Position numbers and translations under genes: made by a program. DNA of 64,000 nt from Utricularia gibba (Eukaryota > Plantae > Magnoliophyta). The notes beneath the pieces are model-generated. The model searched no databases and was not told the origin of the DNA. It saw nothing but the letters and a program-made list of their open reading frames with translations. This document shows, piece after piece, positions 1-12,244 of this stretch (its first letter is position 1; each line of letters starts with the position of its first letter). The stretch covers positions 3,162,001 through 3,226,000 of the forward strand of contig NEEC01000009.1 in assembly GCA_002189035.1 (NCBI GenBank). The letters run 5' to 3'.

Positions 1-1295
1 AGCTGACGCCATTGTATTTGCTGTGTACATTCCACCGCATGCCCCTGCCCCCGGACATGAGTTACGAATTACATTCATCCTATCTCCATCACTTATTGAA
101 CCACTCACATACTCCCCGTAAACCTAAAGTCCCTTTGGATGGATTAACTCTAAGTGGAACAGGTAAAAAAATGTAACGTGTAAAAGGTGTGAGAAATCAT
201 TGTGCAATTACCTGGAAGGCAGAGACTATATCATAAGTTTGCCCATGAAAATGTCCTGGCTGCAACAAGAGAGAGTAAGTAAGAACATTTCACCATGGAA
301 TTTAAGAATTAATTCCAACCACGTTCAACTGAATAAAATTCATAACCAGCAATCTGAGCATTCAGTCTGCTATGACTTAGCCCAGTCATACATGCAACTC
401 ACAACAAAAACCAGCTAATAACAAGTCATGATTATTCCAACATCAGCCTGTCCCACTACCAACTAAAATTGAAGAAAATAACATTTTGATGTACCTCGGA
501 TATGATAAAACAATAACTTGATATGAAAAAAATCTAACCTTAATAGTGCCACCGTAGACCATAATACTGGGACGGTTCAACCTTCCCATGGCCATTATTG
601 TACCAGGCATCTGCAATACTCACGCTTCTTCAGCAAGGATGACATAGAGATGGAAAATATTACAGGTTTCACGCGATAGAAAAAAAATAACGACTGAAAA
701 GAAGCGCTTCACTCGTTTAAGGGGGAGCACACACCAAAAGAATCCAGCAATACGCAAAAAGCCTATCTTGGCATAATGGGGCTTACATTTTTGTCGCAAC
801 CAGGTATGGAAATATTCCCATCATACCATTGAGCAGCCATAACACTTTCAATGCTATCAGCAATCAAATCTCTTGACTGTAAACTATAGCACATCCCCCT
901 AGTACCCATCGAAATGGCATCACTCACACCAATGGTGTTAAACCGAAATCCCACCATTCCAGCTTCAGTAACGCCTTGCTTAACAGCTTCTGAAAGTTTC
1001 AACAAATGCATGTTGCAAGTATTTCCCTCGTACCAAACGGATGAAATCCCACCTGGGGTTTTCCCATGTCATCATCCGAGAGACCTACGCCGTATAGAAC
1101 CGCCTGAGAAGCTCCTTGCGACTTGGGCTCCGTGATTCTCGAACTGTATTTGTTGAGTTTTACAGCGGCAGGCAGTGGCTGCGGCGGCGCAGGGGCTTCT
1201 GTGGAGACGGAGGCGCGGACGAATGAACGTGAAGGCGCATTTGATGACCCAGAGAAAGTAGGTGCCGGAGGCGAAAGAAAAGCGGCGGCCTGCAT
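1..1295 (-). CDS. DHAD: Dihydroxy-acid dehydratase, plastid (5' part; runs off left edge); one apparent -1 frameshift at 1048-1050
   Basis: ATG at 1295 gives [48 protein letters not shown], then (after a one-base shift) [28 protein letters not shown]. Further GT-AG exons [24 protein letters not shown] (610-539), [16 protein letters not shown] and [29 protein letters not shown]. These are hallmark IlvD/DHAD motifs. Confidence 0.96.
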
Positions 1296-1656
1296 CGTGA
1301 TTGCGGAGTTCGTCTCGTAGGTTTCGGGTGGTGTGGTGACACGGAGCCGCACGGCGCAGTGAAACTGGATGAGGGAGAACGATAAATGAGCGGAGATGTG
1401 CTTGCCTACTATCGCGTCCACCGCTACTATGGTGCAACTTATTGTACCCTATTTCACGCTCTTTCGTACCATCATTTTGTAAATGACATCATTGCCCTCT
1501 GCTGGTATTTTCTTTTTCGCGGTGCCTTCCTTTCGGGGAAAAATTTCCATCAGCGGCGAATACCGACTTCCGGCGATATTCTTGCGTGCACAACCGTTGT
1601 CTGAGTTTCCGATTCCTTAATTTCTAGCGGGAGACTTCAGTGGCCGGAGAAAAGAG

Positions 1657-2724
1657 ATGCATTCCTTTGCTTACAGAGCCAACGCTCTGCTCACTTTCTC
1701 CCTCACTGTTCTCGCGCTAATGTGCGCAATGGCATCCCTCTCAGATAACTTCAATTCGCCGTCTCCTACTTCACATGTCCAGGTAAAGTTTTTTATTTCC
1801 GATCTTGATTATTTTCCTCTTTAATAGCCCTAATCTGGCTAATCGTTCGCGGGGTTTAGGTGCTGAATATCAATTGGTTCCAGAAAAAACCGGATGGTGA
1901 TGATGAGGTAACTCATCCTATAAATTTCTTGGTTTTCATGATTGTTGTGAGATTGTTCTTCATTTTTTTCAAGCTGTGAGCCATAGATGCGTACGTAGAT
2001 TCGCTATAGGGGGTGTGGTGACTGTTGATGACTCAAGAAGACTTATGCTCTGCAGGTCAGCTTGACGTTGAATGTATCAGCAAACTTGCAATCCCTTTTT
2101 ACATGGAACACAAAACAGGTTTTTTTTCTTGCTTTTGTGAAAATCATCTCCCCGTTTCGTTCTTGGTATACTTTGTTAGTCGTGAAGTTGAGCTTTTGCA
2201 GAATACCTAATGATCTTGGGGTGAAATTGCTTGCGAAATGCTTTTTCTTGCTTGATTTACACGTGATTCAAACTTCTATTTGTTTTTCAGGTTTTTGTCT
2301 TTTTAGCGGCAGAGTACGAAACTCCTAAGAATGCTCTCAATCAGGTAGGTCAAATCCTTTGTTCAACATGCGAGCTTTGTACTAGTTAGCTGTTGAAATT
2401 TCGTAAACACCGTGTGATGAATTTTACAGGTATCTTTGTGGGATGGCATTATACCTTCCAAAGAGCATGCAATATTTGGGATTCACACTACTAATAAGTA
2501 CCGATTTATCGATCAAGTCAGTGCCTCTATCCTTGACTATTCTTTCAATTGTGTATCCTTTTCATTATTTTTTAGTTCTTTTCTTGAAAATTGTTTAGGG
2601 TAGTAATCTGCGTGGTAAGGACTTCAACTTGACGTTGCATTGGCACATAATGCCCAAGGCTGGCAAGATGTCTGCCGATAAGATAGTTATGACTGGGTTC
2701 CATTTGCCAGATCACTACAGATGA
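1657..2724 (+). CDS. SPCS3: Signal peptidase complex subunit 3 (SPC22/23), 6 exons
   Basis: Spliced by eye: [42 protein letters not shown] / [16 protein letters not shown] / [21 protein letters not shown] / [18 protein letters not shown] / [22 protein letters not shown] / [29 protein letters not shown]. All junctions are GT-AG. Confidence 0.95.
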
Positions 2725-2943
2725 GAACAACCTTCCATTAAAAAAAGTCACTGTGAGGTTAGTTGGTCTTTTTGGAAAACCGTGAACTTGAATTGAACAA
2801 AACTAGCACCTGCATGTTACCGTTTCGAAATTTGTAATGAGCACAAGCGATTTGAGGCATTTTTTATTTTGACTTCCCAAGGGGATGAATTTTACCTTTG
2901 GCTGCTATTGCAAAATGCAGAACTTCTTGAATCAGTCTGCCTT

Positions 2944-4884
2944 TCACTTTGTTGTCTTGTTTAAGTCTATCAAATGTTTAGTTGAGTTGTGCTCTGTTGT
3001 ATGTGGGACTTTTTTCTGAATATGACCATTGGACGGTTTGCCTATCGCGGTTCATCTTTTTATCACTGCCCTTTAGTAGTGTAACAACCTATAAAAGAGA
3101 TGTTGAACCAATCTTATATCTGGATTCGTATTGGAGAGTACACATGTTTTCCAGTAAACTTGCCTGTCTCATCCTTGGCCGTAGAATTGGATTGTCATCA
3201 ATGCACTTTGATGCTGTGGAGATCACCCAGTCCATCTCTAGTCTGTTATACTCTTCTCCCAAAGAAGGATCCACAAGCTCTGTCATCGCATTCTTATCGA
3301 GCAGAGGCTTTACCTGGAAAGATGAAAGTAAATACTGTTTATCTATCGCTAGTGAATGATTCATGCTAGAAAAGACATGATACCAGCAACACAAGGCTTT
3401 TATTTGTATCGATTATGGCCTGTCTTCCCGTCAGAAGCTCCAGAAGCAGCACCCCAAAAGAAAAGACATCTGTTCTCTCATCCACGATTCCATACATGAA
3501 ATACTCGGGAGCCATGTACCTGAAAACAGGATTTGAAACAGAGATGAGCTGTGCTGGCGTGCATCAACAATAAAGGGTCATCACACACCCAAATGTGCCT
3601 TCAAATTTTGAGGTATTGTGATGAGATAGCTGTTGTGGAAGCCACTTCGAAAGCCCGAAGTCACATATCTGTAACGTGGGATTCATTACTGGACTGCTTT
3701 TAAGTGAATTATGGGAACTTAAGATTGTTAATATGAGATGAGATAGCAACAGAGATGGCACCTGTGGCTCATAATCTTCTGATAGCAAGATATTATCGGC
3801 CTTGATGTCTCTGTGGATGATTCTTCTTTGGCAGTCTTCATGCAAGTAAAGTAGGCCTTCTGCTGTCCCTAGTATTATCTTGTACCTCTTTTCCCAGTTC
3901 AGCTTCTCCCTTGAACCTTGAAATTGGTGAAACTGCTCTGTTACTTAACTTTGTTTTCACAAGTTCAGCAAGCAGTTGAGGGAGGATCTTACTTTGGAGA
4001 AGCGAACCCAAACTCCCAAGAGATGATAGCTTGAGAACTATGAAAGCACCTCCTTCAACTCCATAGCCAACCATTTTTGCAGTATTTGGATGGTTCACAT
4101 GCGCAATAACACCTATTTCAGACAGGAAATTCAGCTCTTCTTCACCAGACATTCCACTCTTGAGCTGCTTGATGGCAACAAGCTGCCCATGGGGCAAGCA
4201 ACCCTTGTAAACATCAGCAAAGCCGCCTTGTCCGATCAGATTTTCTGGCATCGCAGATAACCCATTAGCTGTTTGGAGATGACGATACAGTACACCTATG
4301 AAATAGCAACTATCTATGACTGCTACAAACCTACCTTTGCTGAAGTTGTTGGTTGCATTCTGCAGCTGTTCAAAGGTGAAGCTTGTCAATGCACCATTGA
4401 CGAAGCATCTGTCAGAATCAAAGCAATCCCTAGCACTTTTGCTCCTTTGGCTCCATTTCAGAGATGCTAATGAGAGAAACTTCAATGAAGGACTCGTTGC
4501 CCACAACTTAGAGAGCCTTTTCCAACCAGTGAGAGATTTGATGCTTGGCTTTGACTTCAAACTCTTCTTTCCATCATTAACTCCTTCTCTGCTGCAAGAT
4601 TCATCTCCTTTCTTTTTCCTTTCATCCCTTTTGACTCTCATATCTACCCAGAACGAGAAAAAGGATTCATTTGCTCATGTCCCAAACCCCCCTGCTGTAA
4701 ATTTAAATGCTTTACCTTTAGATGAAGATGAGGAATGCAGGAATGGAAACCCCATCAAGAAGATACCAGAGAGACATTCCAGAAGCTTGAGGAAAAACCG
4801 TAAATGTTTGAAAGAAGCCCATTCCATTCGAAAATTGTGTCCAGATGATCTAAAAATAGTTGCCCTTTGGCTACTTTGACTCAT
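2944..4884 (-). CDS. Receptor-like cytoplasmic kinase, RLCK-VI / ROP-binding kinase (RBK2-like); exact start codon uncertain
   Basis: Kinase subdomains [57 protein letters not shown]. The last exon [22 protein letters not shown] is reached through a GC-AG intron (3163-3089). A short first exon ends ..[12 protein letters not shown] at 4716; in-frame ATGs lie between 4884 and about 4755. Confidence 0.88.
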
Positions 4885-6377
4885 TCCCACTCATTTCAAT
4901 GGGTCGGTTGAGTAGTATATATAATACTACTTGCTATTGTTTCTTTTCCTTTTTTTTTTTTTAATACGATGAGGCCAGCAGGCTGTTTACATCGTTTTTT
5001 CAATGATTTAAACAGTTAATGTTGATGGTTATTTCTTTTTTGAAAAAATACAATGATTTGTAGTCAAATCAAATCTAAATTCCATCAATGTTGAATGAAG
5101 TGTTTTAAATAATTATAAAAATTTATGAATTATTTGTGCAACAAATTGTAATTAAATTATTTGTGTTTTTATTTTAAACTATTTTTCTTAATGTAACATA
5201 AACAATATTTTATCTCTAAAAATATTGAATATGAATGACAATAATTTAAATGGGATAGTTATTCTAGAATTGTTGAATCTAGATAACTTATCATTGTAAA
5301 TCTAATAAATTCACTAATATTCACATCTTAAATTTTTTGTGTGTTTTAAATCAAGGTCAATGTAAAAAGTATACTGTAAATCGTGAGCTAATCATAATTA
5401 AATTATGATTGAATCTAAATTCATTTTTCTATTTTAAAAGAGATTCAAACATAAAGTAATTTTTATTATTCACAATTTACGATCCGAAGTGTTGGATTTA
5501 ATCTTGATTTTTGAAATACTTGTCGAATGAATGGATTAAAAAGTCACATCAACACAAGTAATTTATTTTATAGAAACATTAACAATATAAGATAACCTAA
5601 ATAAAAAACTTCGAAACAACATGCTGTAAATAGCGAAAATTATCACGCTATTATTTGATTTATGCCATGAGTAACACGTTGAAACTACATCCCAAGATGG
5701 GATGGGCGCGGATGACCTGAGCCTCGCCTTCCATGTCAGCAGCAGCAGCAGCATAACGCCTTTCCAATCTTCTTAAACACCATCGTGGACACCTTGACAC
5801 GTGGCTGCCCCATTCTTTCTCCTTTCTCTGCTCTTCACAAGAGAATGGCAACCAGTTGGCGTTTGTTTGATGTTCCAAAGGAAGCACGTAGCAGTGACTG
5901 ATTTATACAGAGGGAGTTGGAGAGTGGGCGCTACAAGTTTATTTTTTTTAATGGAATTGACTTCGACCGGCGAGGTGTGTTATGGACTTTTGACTGACTC
6001 TGGGACCTGGAAACTTTGGCCGTTGTGAACGAGTCATACAATGAACTGGTGGCATGGTGAGCCCTCGATGTCGCCCAGTCAAAGTGTGGTCTCTGGTCTC
6101 TCCTTCTTGCTTTGAACTTTGAAGGAGAATGCCATAAATGATGTCTTGATTAACCAGTAAAAGAGCTTAAGGCACTCCTAAAAAAATGTATATTTTTTCC
6201 TTCTGCTAACAGGAACCAGTCAATCAACAAGGAAACCTACAAACTCTGATGGTAATGGCACTGATAACGCCTGCTGCATCCTACACAGAAAACAAAGACA
6301 TGGTCTTTAACTTATTGTACAAACCGACCATCGGGTGTATGAACTGGTCAGAATAGCAGCAGCATAGGGTGTTGAGG

Positions 6378-8794
6378 CTAAGAAAAACCCTTAGAAGAGC
6401 CTTTGGAGCCGAACCGGAAGCATCTGTCTTTCATGGCTTCTGCTTCGTTCGCGTACTCTTTGAATATGAACTCATCCTGCGTGGACGACAAAGAAGAAGG
6501 CACTTTTCCTTCGCAGTAGCATTGGGAGCATAAGCTGAAGTGGGACTTGGTCTCCCTGAAGCGGAGACCGATGATGGGGTACCGACATGTAGCACAAACA
6601 TGTCTGCCATGGCGGACTCTCTCGCACGTTTCGAGTCTCAATAGTGTGGAGAGGATGCTGAATCCCCATTGTTCATCGTCGAACATGGTGACAAACTCAG
6701 GAAATGTGATCAATGTGTCATTTGTCTCTCCCGCACCTCTAGCATTTCGCTGTTCCCAGGTGAATGAACGTAAATTGCCCTCAGAAGTTTGGTGTATCTT
6801 TGGGCGTCGGATTTCCGTATCTGTGAGCTGCCTTCGTTCACAGCTCGCCAGGAAAGCGATTCATACGCAATTTGCTTCCTCTTGTCTACGGTGCCACTGC
6901 AGAGAGGGGAGATAACAGCAAAAAACATACCTAAATCTACCCTGCCCGACTCAGTATCTTCCAACACAGACAAGATTTTCTGGTTCACAGCTCTGATGGC
7001 TCCGACGAAAGTTTCAGGCTTCAAAAAAGAAAGCAGCTTTCGAAGAACTACCTCCAATGAGGCCTTGCGTATCGACTTCTCAGGTATACCATGACCTGAG
7101 TAAGAAACCGGCACACCTGTTTCCCTCATATCCTTCATAATGAGCTCGATATCGCAGCGATTCAGCCTGGTGATCCTCTGGAAAGATCTGATGTCTAGTG
7201 CAATCGCCAATTCTTGTCTCGATGAGGTTTTATCACCCAAAGTTTTAAATCTCATCGTCTCCAGTGTAACAAATGGCGCCACTCCATTGCCACTCCCGTT
7301 CTTGCTGGCCTTTCTCTTCTGCAACTGTTTCAAGTGTGATATCGTGTCATGCATTTCAACCCTATTCGTCATTTTTAAGGCTTCTTTCAAGGCCTTCTTT
7401 GCTTCCTCTGTCTCCCCAGCTCCTAAGGAAGAGACTGCTTTGTTCAGCTGTGCTCTCCAATGGTTTGGCCACACGGCCAAAACTCTTGTATACATCTCCG
7501 ATGCACGCTGATACCGACCCATATCCATGTACAACCCACCCAGATTGTAGAGCGCATCCACATGCCCGGGTTTCAGATCAATGGCCTTCTGGAACTCTTT
7601 AGTCGCATTTTCATCATCTCCCATAGAATGCAAAGCAGAAGCCAAATCGCAGTGTGCATCTGCATAATCATTCTTCATATAAATAGCCTCCTGTAAGGCC
7701 TTAACAGCTGCCTTATACTCACCAACACCAAAAAGAGCACTGCCCAAAAGCTTCAGAGCCCTGAAATGAGTGGGACACAAGATGGCGGCTTCTCTGTAAT
7801 GCTCGCAGGCACTCAGGACCATACCTTCGCCTTCAAGTGCGATTCCCAGATTCACATGAATCTGAGGCAGCAAATATGCCCACTGACTGCCACCATTCTC
7901 TGCAGCGTCTAGAGCCTGTTGAAACTCGGCCTTCGCTTCAGTGTGCCTTCCAAGAACATACAAACAGTTACCGGCTCTGAAATGTGGCCTTACATCCGAT
8001 GGATTCAGCTCACAGGCCCTCTTAAAACTCACCAATGCTTCTTTATATAGGTAATGCTCATATAATGTACGTCCCATGGCCATCTGTCCATCAAGAGCCT
8101 CAGCTCTTGCTGGTGCTCTATCAGCTCTCGCTCTCAAGACACCCAATTCTTTCACAAAACCAGCATAATCAGCTCCCAATTCATCCCAAACAAACCTATT
8201 TTCTAAAATATCAGTGGATGGGCCGAAATCCCTGGACCACCCTGGGTCAGAAAAAGCATCCCAATTATCATTCTTTATCTTCCCATCCTTCATGTGCTTT
8301 GTCCTCAACCTCTTAATCAGAATCTCCAGATCATCAACAAGCTTCCATGTGTCATCAAACACAATGCCATGGTTAGGAGAGGCGGCCCACGCAGCTGTAC
8401 GCTGGTCCGTGTGAGGTTCCATTGCATTTTCATCGACAACTGATGACAAAGATGGCGCCTCTTCTGATGCTCCAGATACACCAATCTTGTCTTCCAGTGG
8501 CTTAAGGTCGAGGCCAAGAGTGTCAAAATCTCGGTCCACATCACCAGCTCCATCGTCATAAGTTCGAAGCAGGCCCTCAAAAGTGAGCCCCTTTTCAGCA
8601 TCGATGAAATCGCCATAGGTCCGAAAAACCTCGTCCAGAATCGCGCTTATTTGCTCGTTGCTGAATTTCACTCTGGGGTTGACAGCCACCACCAGCGCCG
8701 CCATCTCCTCCCGGTTTAGGCCGCCGTCCCTGGTGGAATCAAATTGCTGGAAAATTCTCATCACCTTCTCCGATCTGCTTCCATGAGTTGCCAT
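6378..8794 (-). CDS. EF-hand + TPR repeat + C-terminal ZZ-type zinc finger protein (At1g05150-like), intronless CDS; apparent -1 frameshift at 6730-6732
   Basis: 694-aa ORF with an N-terminal EF-hand (FDSTRDGGLNREEM) and multiple TPRs. It continues one frame over into ITFPEFVTMFDDEQWGF..HVCATCRYPIIGLRFRE..FSLCSQCYCEGK (ZZ). Adding one G joins them as EVRGETNDTLITFPE. Probable 5'UTR intron 9239-8821. Confidence 0.92.
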
Positions 8795-10433
8795 ATTTCT
8801 CTTTGACCCCCAGAATTATTCTAGGGCTTCAAACCAACAATGCAGGCTAAATTCGAAGCCTTCACAGAAAACTAATTAGGGGGACAATGAAATAACGCGC
8901 AAATCAGGGACGAATGATTCGAAAGCCAATCAACCCGAACGCCAATAGCAAACCCCATTTAGAACAACAAAAATTCGCCATTCCCTTTAATTCACAAAAT
9001 TGGGGAGAAGATGCAAAATTGGAATTAGAATCGAAAAAACCCAGAGTAGAGGATCAGCCCCAAAAAGAAGATGAACAAATACCCAGGAAAAAAATGGCAA
9101 CTTTTGAAGCCGTGCGGGCAGATAGATAGACGAGAAAACCAGAAAACCTCCAAGTCGAAGTACGTGATGCCGATCTCCTAGAGGCACTGTTGGGTGCGAG
9201 GCGAAGATATGGGGGACAAAGACACCAAACAAGGCTTACCCTTGTTTATTCCACAATAAAAAAAAAAAGAAAAAAAAAGTGGCACCGGAGTTGACAATTA
9301 AAAAAACCATTTTAATACATGTTAAAATCACTTGACATCAAAAGTAGCTTTTGGTGCGACAAAAATAATATCTTTAATATTAATTTTTTACCTAATTATA
9401 TAAGAAGCAACGTAGTTTTAATATTTTTTTTATCCACGAAAATTGACTATTAAAAAAATTCCCACCCAAATTTTGAAATAAAATCAGAGGCTTTCATTTC
9501 AAACGTTGCTATTGGGCCACGCCATCTTTTGTCAAGTGGAGCCCATTAGTCGAAAGCCGCTTCATCGAGGCGTACCCAAAAATAAAGCCCCAATTTTCTT
9601 TTATTATTGTATGAACTAATTTAATCCTTCAGTTAAATTTAATTTTACGTCATGTTTAAAAATTTACAAAACTGATTAAATTGAATATCTTGTCGATTAA
9701 TGATTTTTACATAAACATTTAAATCAGTGTTTTAAATCGTCAAAAAAACTATCAAACACTTCTACGAATGATACGTGATTTAAAGCATTCAATTATGGTT
9801 CAAATTATGATTCAACGGTTTATTTTTTGAAAATATATATTTTTAAAATATTTCTGTATATAAAAGCATCAAATCATGATTAAATTATAATTGAACTGTA
9901 ATCAAATAGTTCAGGGTTTAGGGTTAAAGTCAATGTTTAAAACACAGATTCAAATAATCATAAAATAATAACATCAATGTAATGTTTATTTATGGTATGT
10001 ATACTAAAATAAAATGAATATATTTATTTTTGTCACAAACATATTTAAATGCGGTTGATAGATGGGCGACCCCATCACGACACCTTCATCACGCACATTT
10101 GAATAAAATAAAATAAAAACATTCAATTCCTCTGCCTTTTACATTCATTCATTGCCGAGCACGTGATTACCAAAAATAAAGTCGAATTAATAATGCAGAA
10201 AGTAATGATATACGAAATTATGTGAGAAAAAAGGGGGATAAAGCAGGCCATTTTATATACAAAATGATAAAAATGGTGAATTAAAAGGGGCTTTGGATAT
10301 TTTAAAAATAAATATTGAATAGAAAATTGATGAATAAATGAATTATGAATGATTATATATACCGAATTTCTGAGTGATCCTCCACTGGCAGGCTCGCTCA
10401 TTCACGGGTGTAGTGGAGGTTGGAAAGATAAAG

Positions 10434-12089
10434 ATGAAGAATCACATGATGTCGTCGCGGCTGCCGGAGGTTTTGCGTTTCTTGGTCCTACTCCGCCTCC
10501 TGTTTCTGCGAAATGGAATTGCGGCGGCTGGGGGTGGCGGCGGCTCGTGGGAACTGCTACTTCCCAGCATTGGCATCTCCGCCATGCACATGCAGCTCCT
10601 CCACACCGACCGAGTCGTCATCTTCGACCGCACAGACTTCGGCCTCTCCAACATTTCATTGCCAGCAGGGAAATGTGAGTCGCTCTCAACCTCCGACTGC
10701 TCCGCTCACTCCGTGGAATACGATATAGGCTCCAACTCTGTACGGCCCCTCACAATCCTCACCGACACCTGGTGCTCCTCCGGTGCTACCTTGGCTGACG
10801 GAACTCTGGTCCAGACCGGAGGGTACAACACCGGCGACCACGCTGTTAGAACTTACAATCCCAATTCCTGCACGCAAGCTTGCGATTGGTCAGAAAGTAA
10901 TCAGGCCCTTGTCCAGAAACGGTGGTACTCCACCAACCACATTCTCCCTGACGGCCGCCGGGTGATAATCGTCGGCGGGCGGCGCCAGTTCAATTACGAG
11001 TTCTATCCCAGGAACTCACCCACCGAGACATCCTACAATTTGCCGTTTCTTTCGCAGACAAATGACCCCGGATCCGAGAACAACCTCTACCCGTTTGTAT
11101 TCCTCAACGTTGACGGGAATCTGTTCATTTTGGCAAACAATCGAGCAATTCTATTCAATTACATGACAAGCACCGTCGTCAAGACGTATCCAGTAATACC
11201 TGGCGGTGAGCCGAGGAATTACCCCAGCTCTGGTTCCGCGGTTCTGCTACCGTTGAGGAACAATACTGGAGCAGAGGTTTTAGTTTGTGGCGGAGCTCCG
11301 AAAGGTGCTTACATCAGCGCTACCAAGGGAACCTTCACGGCGGCGCTCAGTTCCTGTGGGAGGATTAGAATAAACGACCCGGATCCACGATGGGCCATGG
11401 AGTCCATGCCCATGGCCAGAGTCATGGGGGATATGATTTTGCTGCCGACCGGCGAAGTTCTCATCATAAACGGATCCGGGTCAGGTACCGCCGGGTGGGA
11501 ACTCGGTCGTGACCCGGAATTGTCGCCGGTGATCTACAACCCTGATAAGGAATCCGGGGCGAGGTTCCAGATCCAGAATCCGACCACGATTCCAAGAATG
11601 TACCATTCGAGCGTGGTGCTAATCCGCGACGGCCGTGTCTTGGTCGGGGGAAGCAATCCGCACAAGCAATACAACTTCACCGGCGTTTTATTCCCAACGG
11701 AATTGAGCTTAGAAGCGTTTTCTCCGCCCTACCTGAGCCCAGATTTCTCATCCATCCGACCGAAAATCGTCGCCCCCCAGTCGCATACGGGTTTCCGACA
11801 TAACGAGGAGTTCGTGGTTACTTTTTCGGTGGAGGATCTAAGCGATGAAAACTCAGTTACGGTAACGTTGGTAGCGCCGTCGTTTACGACCCACTCGTTC
11901 GCGATGAATCAGAGGCTACTGTTCCTCGCCGCTCGAAATCTGATGGGGGCGCCTGGAGGGTCGATGTATCAGATCGCGGCAGTAGCGCCGAATTCCGGTA
12001 ACGTGGCGCCGCCGGGATATTACATGCTGTTCGTTGTGCACGGAGGAGTTCCCAGCGAAGGCGTCTGGGTTCGAATCGTGGGCGATTGA
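10434..12089 (+). CDS. Glyoxal/galactose oxidase-like copper radical oxidase (aldehyde oxidase GLOX family), secreted, single exon
   Basis: Signal-peptide-like N-terminus. SIGISAMHMQLL motif, active-site WCSSG (Cys), RWYSTN (Tyr), RMYHSS (Tyr/His) and THSF (His), C-terminal PPGYYMLFVV..PSEGVWV. Start at 10434 or 10446; TATA-like TATATATA near 10354. Confidence 0.95.
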   Translation: MKNHMMSSRLPEVLRFLVLLRLLFLRNGIAAAGGGGGSWELLLPSIGISAMHMQLLHTDRVVIFDRTDFGLSNISLPAGKCESLSTSDCSAHSVEYDIGSNSVRPLTILTDTWCSSGATLADGTLVQTGGYNTGDHAVRTYNPNSCTQACDWSESNQALVQKRWYSTNHILPDGRRVIIVGGRRQFNYEFYPRNSPTETSYNLPFLSQTNDPGSENNLYPFVFLNVDGNLFILANNRAILFNYMTSTVVKTYPVIPGGEPRNYPSSGSAVLLPLRNNTGAEVLVCGGAPKGAYISATKGTFTAALSSCGRIRINDPDPRWAMESMPMARVMGDMILLPTGEVLIINGSGSGTAGWELGRDPELSPVIYNPDKESGARFQIQNPTTIPRMYHSSVVLIRDGRVLVGGSNPHKQYNFTGVLFPTELSLEAFSPPYLSPDFSSIRPKIVAPQSHTGFRHNEEFVVTFSVEDLSDENSVTVTLVAPSFTTHSFAMNQRLLFLAARNLMGAPGGSMYQIAAVAPNSGNVAPPGYYMLFVVHGGVPSEGVWVRIVGD

Positions 12090-12244
12090 ATGAGGTCTGA
12101 TTCGCCAGCTAGCTAGCAGCAACCCCCTGTTCCTCATCTTGCAGCGTCCTCACGTGTCCCCGTATCGGGAACTGCGAACTCCATTAATACGAGTTGTACT
12201 TATTTTCGCATACAGTTGATTCACTTTTATTTCTTTTACAACAC

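Noticed and set aside
6178-6345. Possible 3'UTR introns of the TPR/ZZ gene (NMD trigger)
   Set aside because: Acceptor-like sites exist at 6281 and 6178, but the nearest donors give implausibly short or ambiguous introns. Not supportable without transcripts.
1048-6732. Programmed ribosomal frameshifting or RNA editing as the explanation of the split ORFs
   Set aside because: No slippery heptamers or stimulatory structures are visible, the genes are unrelated, and every case is the same one-base loss in a G/C run. Consensus error is far simpler.
9913-9926. AGGGTTTAGGGTTA telomere-like sequence
   Set aside because: Only about two units; at most a telo-box, not an interstitial telomere.
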